Source: an uncultured Clostridia bacterium (lineage in GTDB: Bacteria; Bacillota; Clostridia; Oscillospirales; Oscillospiraceae). Taken from it: a DNA stretch of 47,256 nucleotides. The notes under the pieces were generated by a model. The model did not search any database, was not told where the DNA came from, and saw only the letters and a list, made by a program, of their open reading frames with translations. Made by a program: the position numbers and the translations under genes. Of this stretch, positions 37,131 through 44,838 are shown piece after piece; position 1 is the stretch's first letter; every line of letters begins with the position of its first letter. The stretch covers positions 1 through 47,256 of the forward strand of contig CALBJG010000148.1 in the NCBI GenBank assembly GCA_937892865.1, in the 5' to 3' direction.

Positions 37131-37886
37131 ATGAAAATGGTTTTACTTACCGCTTTGGGTGTTGGCGGCGCCACTGTATTCGGCTCCGTGCTGGGTTTTC
37201 TATTCAAGAAGATCTCCCACAAATTCAGCGATATCGTCCTGTCCTTTGCCGCCGGTGTGATGCTGTGTGCGGCTGTGACCGGTCTGATCGTACCTTCCCT
37301 GGAATACCAGAGCTTCTCTCCCCTGCTTATTACCGTTTTGGGTGTGCTCAGCGGTGCGCTGTTCCTTAATGTGCTGGATAAGCTTGTACCCCATCTGCAC
37401 CGGCTTGCCGGTGTGGAGCAGGAGAGCCATCCTGACAGCGCAGGCAAGCTCAATAAGGTACTGCTTTTCGTTATGGCTATCGCCATCCACAACCTTCCCG
37501 AGGGCATCGCCGCAGGCGTGGGCTTCGGCAGCGGCAACAATGCCCAGGCCATTACCATCGCCGCCGGCATTGCACTGCAGAACATACCGGAGGGCATGGT
37601 GATCATCGGACCGATGCTGGCAGCAGGCATGCGCCCCGGCCGCACCTTCCTTTGCGCACTGATGACCGGAGTTGTTGAGGTTTTGGGTACGCTTCTGGGC
37701 TACTTTGCCGTTAGCATTTCCACCGCCGTTTTGCCCTTTGCCCTGGCCTTTGCCGGCGGCACCATGCTCTATGTGATCAGCGATGAAATGATCCCGGAAA
37801 CCCACCACAGCGAGACCCGGGGTGTGACCTATGCGCTGCTTATCGGCTTCTGCCTGATGCTGGCTATGGACTATCTTCTCGGTTAA
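37131..37886 (+). CDS. ZIP-family (ZupT/GufA) divalent metal transporter
   Basis: FAAGVML, HNLPEG, QNIPEG, FAGGTMLYV...EMIPE; start ATG 37131 behind AAGGAG. Confidence 0.92.
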   Translation: MKMVLLTALGVGGATVFGSVLGFLFKKISHKFSDIVLSFAAGVMLCAAVTGLIVPSLEYQSFSPLLITVLGVLSGALFLNVLDKLVPHLHRLAGVEQESHPDSAGKLNKVLLFVMAIAIHNLPEGIAAGVGFGSGNNAQAITIAAGIALQNIPEGMVIIGPMLAAGMRPGRTFLCALMTGVVEVLGTLLGYFAVSISTAVLPFALAFAGGTMLYVISDEMIPETHHSETRGVTYALLIGFCLMLAMDYLLG

Positions 37887-37889
37887 AAG

Positions 37890-37921
37890 AAAAGTGAGGT
37901 CGCTTACGACCTCACTTTTTT
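37890..37921. terminator. Bidirectional terminator between convergent genes
   Basis: AAAAGTGAGGTCG-ctta-CGACCTCACTTTT. Confidence 0.85.
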
Positions 37922-39857
37922 ATTTCAGATAATCCATGCTGACCCAGCCCTGGGCTGTTCTTCCCCAGGTCGTGCCATCTACGCTCTTGGTTTCCAGGAT
38001 CTCCACCTTTGCGCCACTATACAGGTATCCCACAATGGTATTCCCCGTTCCGGCTGCGCTTCGCACACGCAGACAATCGGCTGTGACGGTAAGGATCTGC
38101 TTTTGTGGCTGGCTTTGTCCTTCCACAACCACATAATCCATACAGATCCAGCCCTTAGCGATTTTTCCCCAGGTCACACCGCCGACGGCACGCTGCTCGG
38201 TGATATCCACCTTTGCACCGTTGCTCAGATAAGCAGAAATGGCATAGGAGGTTCCCGGGCCGCTACGCACACGCAAAGTGTCGCTGACCTTGACCGTAGC
38301 CTTCAGAACGGTCTGCGCATCATCGGCAGCAGCATCCAGCTGCACATAATCCAAGCTGATCCAGCCGCTTTCCACCTTGCCCCAGAGCATAGATCCGGAG
38401 GACTGCTGCTGAGTAACGGTGACACGGTCGCCGTTTTTAAGATACCCTACAACAGAATGCTCCGTTCCCGGGCCGCTGCGTACACGCAGAACATCGGAGA
38501 CCTTTACCTTACCGGTTCTCGCTGCCGCTGCCGGCGGCTGGGTAGGCTCAGTAGGCTTCGGCTCAGTAGGCGCGGGTTCGGTAGGTGCAGGCTCAGTGGG
38601 CGCAGGCTCGGTTGCAGGCGGTACTTGCTGCGCATCCAGCTGCACATAATCCATACTGATCCAGCCGCTTTCAATTCTGCCCCAGAGCATAGCGCCAACC
38701 AGCTGCTCCTCCAGGATCTCCACCCGATCACCGTTTTTGAGATACCCTACAACACCGTGTCCGGTGCTGGCACCGCTGCGAATCCGCAGTGTATCGTTTA
38801 CCTTTACCGTTCCCATCCGGGAAACCGGCACTTCCGGCTCTTCCGGCTCTTCCGGGGCATAATCCGTATACTCCAGGCAGATCCAGCCGGCTTCGTATTT
38901 ACCCCACAGGTAACCGCTTCCCTCAGCGGTCTCGGTGACGGTAAGCTGATCACCCTTCCTCACTCCGGCCACCACGGGATAATTCGTACCCGGTCCGCTA
39001 CGGACATTCAGACTATTGGCGGTAACGGTGACAGCTGTCCCCTCCGGAGCAGGCATTTCCGGCAATTCGTCGGTGGCTTCCTGCTCTCCCCAACGGGCAT
39101 AAAGCCGGGCATTGCGGACAGATCCATCCAGCACCGTGACCTTTTCGCCCCCGGTAAGCGCAGTGTACCAGCCAGCGAAGCTCTCCCCCTCTTTGGTTGC
39201 CACCGAGAGGATCTGAGCAGTTTCCACCGTGTCATAGCCCTGCACATTGGGACGGGCAGTGCCGCCGTTGGCATCGTAAAGCACATAACCGAACTGCTCC
39301 GGGGCTGATTGGGAATACACACCGTTCAGATAAATATTCGCCTCAGAAAGCCGACGACGCAGCAGGAAGGTTTTGATCTGACCGCCGGCATTGCACCAAC
39401 GGGCAAAGGCATTGACCAGCTCGCTGCCTGTAGCGCCACTGACGATGGCATTATAAAGGCCACCGTTGGCATCATAGGACCATCCGGAGCCGCAGTTGTA
39501 GGAAAACAGCATCAGTGCGTCAAATTGCTGCTGGCTCAGAGACACACCGGTGCGGATCATAAAGGCGTGCAGCTCCGCTTCAAATTTGGCAAGGAAGCTG
39601 CGAAGCAGCTCCTCAGCCGCTTCCTCTGTGATGCCGTTTTGCCGGTATTCCTCCAATTTATCATCCGGGCATTTCGTACCGTAGCCAACTGTCCACTGGG
39701 CATAATCCCAGTATGGATATGTACTGAACCCTTCTTCAAGCTTTAATATACGGACCGCCTCATCACTGGCGCTTAAAATCTCATCGGCAGACACTGTCGC
39801 AACCGCAATGCATATCAGCATGACCGCTGCCAAAATTGCGGCTATAGATCGTTTCAT
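37920..39857 (-). CDS. Secreted peptidoglycan hydrolase: GH24 (phage-type) lysozyme + Listeria-Bacteroides-type repeat + 5 SH3b domains
   Basis: Signal peptide; EEGF...YWD....TVGYG, QQFDALMLFSYNCG and LLRRRLSEA; YDANGG...FAGWYT...LYARW; five LxVRSGxG...WG....GW[IV] repeats. Confidence 0.88.
   Translation of the reverse strand: MKRSIAAILAAVMLICIAVATVSADEILSASDEAVRILKLEEGFSTYPYWDYAQWTVGYGTKCPDDKLEEYRQNGITEEAAEELLRSFLAKFEAELHAFMIRTGVSLSQQQFDALMLFSYNCGSGWSYDANGGLYNAIVSGATGSELVNAFARWCNAGGQIKTFLLRRRLSEANIYLNGVYSQSAPEQFGYVLYDANGGTARPNVQGYDTVETAQILSVATKEGESFAGWYTALTGGEKVTVLDGSVRNARLYARWGEQEATDELPEMPAPEGTAVTVTANSLNVRSGPGTNYPVVAGVRKGDQLTVTETAEGSGYLWGKYEAGWICLEYTDYAPEEPEEPEVPVSRMGTVKVNDTLRIRSGASTGHGVVGYLKNGDRVEILEEQLVGAMLWGRIESGWISMDYVQLDAQQVPPATEPAPTEPAPTEPAPTEPKPTEPTQPPAAAARTGKVKVSDVLRVRSGPGTEHSVVGYLKNGDRVTVTQQQSSGSMLWGKVESGWISLDYVQLDAAADDAQTVLKATVKVSDTLRVRSGPGTSYAISAYLSNGAKVDITEQRAVGGVTWGKIAKGWICMDYVVVEGQSQPQKQILTVTADCLRVRSAAGTGNTIVGYLYSGAKVEILETKSVDGTTWGRTAQGWVSMDYLK
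38535..38620 (-). repeat. Pro/Thr/Glu-rich 15-bp tandem repeat (linker)
   Basis: Encodes PATEPAPTEPAPTEPAPTEPKPTEPTQPP; boundaries approximate. Confidence 0.85.
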
Positions 39858-39893
39858 TTGCCCGGTGGCCCCTTTCCTGTCGAATTTGGCTTT

Positions 39894-39922
39894 ATTATAG
39901 CAAAGTCACGGAATAAATGCAA
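39894..39922 (-). promoter_or_regulatory. Putative sigma-A promoter of the lysozyme-SH3 gene
   Basis: TTGCAT, 17 bp, TGn-extended TATAAT. Confidence 0.7.
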
Positions 39923-40122
39923 TCCCCTATTTTCTATTAATTACATTTTGTTACTTTTATAGAACGGAAAATGTTCTGATATTTCGGAGTATATGCCGTA
40001 AAGTCACCGTTTTTTTGCTAAATTGTTTTTTGTTTACATAAACTTTCCAGCATTTGAAATGTATGACGGTTGCAATTATCGCTTTGCTGTGGTAAAATCC
40101 CAGCAGAAACGGAGGTGGGGTT

Positions 40123-41181
40123 ATGAAAGCGATGATCGCCATGAGCGGCGGTGTGGACAGCTCGGTTGCCGCATATCTGATGCAGCAGGAGGGCTTCGAT
40201 TGCGCCGGCGCAATTATGGAGCTTTGTTCCCCGGCGCTGCCGGGTCATATTCCCCAAAGCGCTGCAGCCGACGCAAAAGCAGTTGCCGACCGGCTGGGCA
40301 TTCCCTTTTACTGCTTTGATAACACCCTGCAATTCCGCCAGCAGGTGGTGGAGCATTTTATCCGCACCTACGAGGAAGGCGGTACACCCAATCCCTGCAT
40401 CGAATGTAACCGGCATCTGAAATTCGGTGTTTTCCTGGAACAGGCCCTGTCCCTCGGCTTTGACTGCATCGCCACCGGCCACTATGCCATGATCCAAAAG
40501 GACATCGCCACCGGCAGATATCTGCTCTTTCGGGCCGGAGACCGTGGTAAGGATCAGACCTATTTCCTCTACTCCCTTACCCAGCATCAGCTTGCCCATA
40601 CCCGTTTCCCCCTTGGCCAGCTGACAAAGGAGCAGGCTCGCTCCATTGCACAGGCACAAGGCTTTTTGAACGCAAGAAAAAAGGACAGCCAGGATATTTG
40701 CTTCATCGCCGACGGCGATTACCTTGCATTTATGAAGCAATACAGGGGGAAAAACTATCCCCAGGGCAGTTTTCTGGATGTCAGCGGCAATGTGATCGGC
40801 AAGCATAACGGTGCGGTAGGCTACACGCTCGGTCAGCGCAAAGGGCTTGGGCTTGCCATGGGGCAGCCGGTATATGTGGTGGATAAGGATATGGAAAATA
40901 ATACAGTGACGGTAGGCCCGAATGCAGCACTGATGCATAGTGCGCTGCGGGCAAATAACTGGAACTGGATTCCCTTCCCTGCCCTCACCCAGCCTATGCG
41001 TGTACTGGCCAAGGTCCGCTACCGGCACACAGAGCAGCCTGCTACCGTTTATCCGGAGGCGGACGGCTTTGCCCGGGTAGAATTCGATGAGCCACAAAGA
41101 GCCATCACCACAGGTCAGGCCGTGGTTCTCTACGACGGAGATTTGGTTATAGGCGGCGGCACGATCACACAGGTACTATAA
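40123..41181 (+). CDS. mnmA: tRNA 2-thiouridine(34) synthase
   Basis: AMSGGVDSS, PNPCIECN, ATGHYA, KDQTYFL, DSQDICF, TLGQRKG. Confidence 0.97.
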   Translation: MKAMIAMSGGVDSSVAAYLMQQEGFDCAGAIMELCSPALPGHIPQSAAADAKAVADRLGIPFYCFDNTLQFRQQVVEHFIRTYEEGGTPNPCIECNRHLKFGVFLEQALSLGFDCIATGHYAMIQKDIATGRYLLFRAGDRGKDQTYFLYSLTQHQLAHTRFPLGQLTKEQARSIAQAQGFLNARKKDSQDICFIADGDYLAFMKQYRGKNYPQGSFLDVSGNVIGKHNGAVGYTLGQRKGLGLAMGQPVYVVDKDMENNTVTVGPNAALMHSALRANNWNWIPFPALTQPMRVLAKVRYRHTEQPATVYPEADGFARVEFDEPQRAITTGQAVVLYDGDLVIGGGTITQVL

Positions 41182-41214
41182 AATAATGCGGTGCTATGAA
41201 AGCACCGCATTATT
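41182..41214. terminator. Bidirectional terminator
   Basis: AATAATGCGGTGCT-atgaa-AGCACCGCATTATT between convergent stop codons. Confidence 0.8.
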
Positions 41215-41860
41215 CTTTCTTGCGAAACAGGATCCGGAGCATCTGATAGACACCGGCAAGGATCATCAAGCACGGGATCACACAAATAATCCCCACATTC
41301 TTAAAGGCACGGATGATCGAAAAGCCGTTTGACATGCCGTAGATCGCACCGTAGCCGATCACCGCCATGACCGTACCCATGAAAAATTCCAGCAGCTGCG
41401 CTCCGTTCTTCAGTATTCCAAAGTAAAACAGCGCTCCAAAGATTATGATCAGCGGAATCACCGTGAACATGATGCCGCCCAGCAAAAGACCGGAATTGCG
41501 TCCTGCCCCGGAAATGATCGCCCGGGAGGGATCTTGAGGGTCATAGCGTATTTCCCTGGTACTGCCTTCTTTGGGCAGTACACCGGTAGCATAATCGGTG
41601 GTAATGCGGTATACATCCCCCTCGACCTCATACCGATAGGTCAAATAGTAGGTTGCGGAGGTATGCTTATTTTTCACCGGGTCATATTCCGCCTCGGAAT
41701 GGAGATCGGCACTTTCATAGTACCCCTCCGTAACGAGGTAGCCCTCACTTTGTAGCTGCTGATTCTCCATGCCTCCAAAGGCAAGGCACAGCAGATAAAT
41801 TCCAACGGCAATGCAAATTATCGGCAGTGCCAATATCGCCACAAGCTTTCCTTTTCCCAT
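41210..41860 (-). CDS. Membrane protein, DUF3592-like
   Basis: TM, soluble beta-rich domain (YRYEVEG...IRYDPQDPSRA), then three more TMs. Confidence 0.7.
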   Translation of the reverse strand: MGKGKLVAILALPIICIAVGIYLLCLAFGGMENQQLQSEGYLVTEGYYESADLHSEAEYDPVKNKHTSATYYLTYRYEVEGDVYRITTDYATGVLPKEGSTREIRYDPQDPSRAIISGAGRNSGLLLGGIMFTVIPLIIIFGALFYFGILKNGAQLLEFFMGTVMAVIGYGAIYGMSNGFSIIRAFKNVGIICVIPCLMILAGVYQMLRILFRKKE

Positions 41861-41869
41861 AATAGCTCC

Positions 41870-44056
41870 TTACATTTGTGCCAAAAGCTTTTCCATCGCA
41901 TGATACACCTGGGTCTGTCCATCTCCAACAAGTCTTAGACTAAACAGAGCGCCCTCCCGGATCCACCAGGCTGTCAGATCGCTATAGCTCGCTTCCTCTT
42001 CCGAGGCTGTGAATACCACAGGGATACCGCTGCCGGTATTCTGCCGCCCACCATAGGTTTCTGCCAAACCATCACCGATCCCCATAGTCGTATAGATCCC
42101 ACCGCTACGGCAAAGGGTCACGCCCAAAACCACACGGATATCCTCCGTCCGATAGCCGGCTGTAACATGGACCTGCCCAACCTGACGGTCCATACTCTCC
42201 AGCGCCAGCAGCGTGGTTTTAATGTGAGGTACGGTCGGATCAGTGCTGATCCCTCCGTAGATATCTGTAGCCTCCACCCAGGATACCGCTTCCAAAGGAT
42301 TTTGCAGCGAAACGCCCAGATCCTTAACAACGGATTCCCAGTTCTCCGAATCCATATGTACACAGCCGAATAAGCGGCTGGATATCTGCCGCTCCCACTG
42401 GGTCATCCCCTCATAGGTGCGCCACTCATCGGCTACCGCTTTTTTTGCTTTATTGGAGAGATTAGAAAAATCCGTTGCCGGCAAAAGCGCCCGGATCTCA
42501 CAGGTATTGCTCAGCTGTGCATCCCCGTTTTCCGAAATCATGGGAACAGCAGCCTGCAGTGCATCGTCACTTACAAGCAGGGCATCCACCTGTCCGGATG
42601 GCGTAAGCATACCGTGAGGCACACCCATGCTCAAAAACCAACCCACCGTTTCCTGTCGGTTCTCCCAGCTATCCTTGACCTGTTTTACCTGCACACGGAG
42701 CTGATTGCTGCCGGACAGCACACCATGCACACGGTACCGACAGCTGCTGTCCGTGGATTGGATGTAAACAAGCACAAGCTTATTTTTCTCAAAGAACCCA
42801 TCATCGTAACGCTCCATCACACCACGAAAGGACGGCACTTCCTCATAGGAACGGTCCATGGCAAGGTATTTCCCATAGGTCTGCACAAAGCTATCCAGCT
42901 CTTCCCGTGTGCCGAAGCTGTAGGTCGGTAAATGCCGGGCGTTGCTTTTTGCCAATTCCAGTGCGTTTCGGCTGGCTGCTATGAATTCCGCCTCCGCTGT
43001 ATAGCCGGCATAGGACAAAACCGAATCAAACGCCTCCTGGGCAGATGTACCTCCGGGTTGGATGCTTTCCGAAGCCGGCATAGGGTCGGTCAGTAAGCAT
43101 ACACCGGCGCAAAGGTAAACCAGGATGCAGGCAATCACTACCCACAGCAAGGGCTTTTTCCATTTTGCCAGGTTTTCTATCCGTCCTTTTGTATCCCCCT
43201 CACCGAAGGCCAGTGGGGAAATGCCCAAGCCCCCTTTGCCCGAAGCAAGACGCAGCAGGGATTTTGCATAATCTGCCCGGATCTCTGTCCCCAGCTTGCT
43301 GACAACGGCCTCATCACAGCTCATCTCCATATCCCTGGTGAAAAGCGTATAAGCGACCCATACCAACGGATTAAACCAATGCAGCATCAGCACAAAGAAG
43401 GCCATCGGCTTCAGAACATGGTCGCCCCTGCGGATATGATGCCGCTCGTGAGCCAGAATATAATCCTGCTCCTTCGCTTCCAGCCCGGATGGCAAATAGA
43501 TCTTAGGAAAAAACACGCCCAAAACAAAGGCAGAGGCAATATGATCCGCCATATAAATGCCGTTCTGCACCCGGGTCGCACCGATCAGCCTTCTTCGCAA
43601 ACGGATGTAGCTGATCACGCTGTATATAAGAATCACCGCCATGCCCATCGCCCAAAGATACTGACCTGCCATAACGCATATATCCCAAAGGCTGGCGGCT
43701 CTGAGCCGGGAGCCACCAAGCTGACTCGGCACATCGATATACACCTGCTGGGCATCGAGCTGTCCCTGCACGGCATCCTCCGCCGCCTGGTACACCGCCT
43801 TACCGGCATCCACCACCGTAATGGGATCATGGGCAAACCGATACTCTTTTGCTGCAAATCCCGTATCCGGAAGCACACTCACAGGCGATGGAATGCTCAC
43901 AGGGCAAAGAAGCCGCAGCAGGACCACCAACCAAAGCGCATAGGAGAAAGCCTTTGGTGCTTTGCGCAGCAAAAGACGCAGCAGCAACACCGCCAGGATC
44001 GCCACGCTACCCCCAAGGGACATTTCCAATATGTAAGCAAAGGCAATCGCCAGCAT
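41870..44056 (-). CDS. M56-family (BlaR1/MecR1-like) membrane metallopeptidase sensor with non-penicillin-binding extracellular domains
   Basis: LWLVVLLRLLCP, HERHH (HExxH, 43450-43436), HWFNPLVW, EMSCDE; C-terminal half does not resemble a class D beta-lactamase-like sensor. Confidence 0.92.
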   Translation of the reverse strand: MLAIAFAYILEMSLGGSVAILAVLLLRLLLRKAPKAFSYALWLVVLLRLLCPVSIPSPVSVLPDTGFAAKEYRFAHDPITVVDAGKAVYQAAEDAVQGQLDAQQVYIDVPSQLGGSRLRAASLWDICVMAGQYLWAMGMAVILIYSVISYIRLRRRLIGATRVQNGIYMADHIASAFVLGVFFPKIYLPSGLEAKEQDYILAHERHHIRRGDHVLKPMAFFVLMLHWFNPLVWVAYTLFTRDMEMSCDEAVVSKLGTEIRADYAKSLLRLASGKGGLGISPLAFGEGDTKGRIENLAKWKKPLLWVVIACILVYLCAGVCLLTDPMPASESIQPGGTSAQEAFDSVLSYAGYTAEAEFIAASRNALELAKSNARHLPTYSFGTREELDSFVQTYGKYLAMDRSYEEVPSFRGVMERYDDGFFEKNKLVLVYIQSTDSSCRYRVHGVLSGSNQLRVQVKQVKDSWENRQETVGWFLSMGVPHGMLTPSGQVDALLVSDDALQAAVPMISENGDAQLSNTCEIRALLPATDFSNLSNKAKKAVADEWRTYEGMTQWERQISSRLFGCVHMDSENWESVVKDLGVSLQNPLEAVSWVEATDIYGGISTDPTVPHIKTTLLALESMDRQVGQVHVTAGYRTEDIRVVLGVTLCRSGGIYTTMGIGDGLAETYGGRQNTGSGIPVVFTASEEEASYSDLTAWWIREGALFSLRLVGDGQTQVYHAMEKLLAQM

Positions 44057-44060
44057 AGGC

Positions 44061-44420
44061 TCACCCCCTCATATCTTCAATGATCTTCTGCAGCTGGGAT
44101 ATTTCCTCCTGGCTGAGCTTCTTCCGAGATCCAAATGCCGCTACAAAAGCAGGCAGCGAGCCGCCAAAGGATTGCTCCACTACCTTTTCGCTTTGCATAG
44201 CATAATACTCAGACCTTGAGATCAGCACCGTTACCACACCTTTTTCGTTTTGGAAGATGCCTTTTTGGCAAAATCGCTTCAGTATGGTGTAGGTGGTGGA
44301 TTTTTTCCAGCCCAATTCCGCTTCGGCAAGCTGGGCCAAAACGCCGGAGCTCACCGGCGCATGCTCCCAAATAATATCCGCAAACCGGGATTCAATCGCT
44401 CCCATTTTCAGTTCACTCAT
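44061..44420 (-). CDS. BlaI/MecI/CopY-family repressor
   Basis: E...ADIIWE, WKKSTTYTILKRFCQKG, FGGSLPAFVAAF; upstream of the M56 gene. Confidence 0.93.
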   Translation of the reverse strand: MSELKMGAIESRFADIIWEHAPVSSGVLAQLAEAELGWKKSTTYTILKRFCQKGIFQNEKGVVTVLISRSEYYAMQSEKVVEQSFGGSLPAFVAAFGSRKKLSQEEISQLQKIIEDMRG

Positions 44421-44433
44421 AGCAAGTCCTCCA

Positions 44434-44487
44434 ATTCTACAATCTGTAGACCACCTTTATTCTACAGCATGTAGACCTCTTTGTCAA
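44434..44487 (-). promoter_or_regulatory. Promoter with two palindromic BlaI-type operators
   Basis: TCTACA-atc-TGTAGA (44436-44450) and TCTACA-gca-TGTAGA (44461-44475); TTGACA (44487-44482), 17 bp, TAGAAT (44464-44459). Confidence 0.85.
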
Positions 44488-44504
44488 TAGGCATATTACG
44501 CAAA

Positions 44505-44529
44505 AAAGGAGAGCCACTGGCTCTCCTTT
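44505..44529. repeat. Left copy of a duplicated 25-bp terminator palindrome
   Basis: AAAGGAGAGCCA-c-TGGCTCTCCTTT; 24/25 identical to 44796-44820. Confidence 0.9.
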
Positions 44530-44795
44530 CAGCCTGTCAAAAAAGTATTTTTTGACAGGCTGGCAGAGGTCAAAGAAGCGCCAAAGACAAATAACTCGAC
44601 TCCGTCGGCGTACAGGTGGTACGGTAGGAGTCGAGTTATGCAGTAAGTCAAAATGTCTTGCGTAGCAAGAGCTTTTCGCATTTCAGTCTTAAATAATTGC
44701 AAAAGCATTTTCCCCTTCAAGGGTCTTTTGTCTATGCGTCATAAAAACATTTTCTAATTCACATTTTGACGGTTTGGGGGTTCTTTGACACTCTG
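44530..44795. mobile_element. 266-bp non-autonomous MITE-like element
   Basis: Ends CAGCCTGTCAAAAAA ... TTCTTTGACACTCTG (imperfect TIR), abutted exactly by 25-bp direct repeats; no transposase; internal hairpins. Confidence 0.72.
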
Positions 44796-44820
44796 AAAGG
44801 AGAGCCATTGGCTCTCCTTT
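44796..44820 (-). terminator. Terminator of the hprK-RluA operon; right copy of the duplicated palindrome
   Basis: AAAGGAGAGCCA-t-TGGCTCTCCTTT, 18 bp past the RluA stop. Confidence 0.75.
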
Positions 44821-44838
44821 ACGGTTTCATCCAAGATA

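Noticed and set aside
38535..38620. 15-bp tandem repeat as a contingency locus or array
   Set aside because: In-frame and synonymous-degenerate; it encodes a Pro/Thr linker.
37920..39857. Prophage remnant suggested by the phage-type lysozyme
   Set aside because: No holin, integrase or structural genes; the gene has a signal peptide and housekeeping neighbours.
44529..44720. 63-aa minus-strand ORF inside the mini element
   Set aside because: No transposase or toxin-like features, no convincing RBS, and it runs through the terminal palindrome.
44505..44820. Two 25-bp palindromic repeats as a possible CRISPR mini-array
   Set aside because: Only two copies, a 266-bp 'spacer', no cas genes; the repeat is a terminator-like hairpin.
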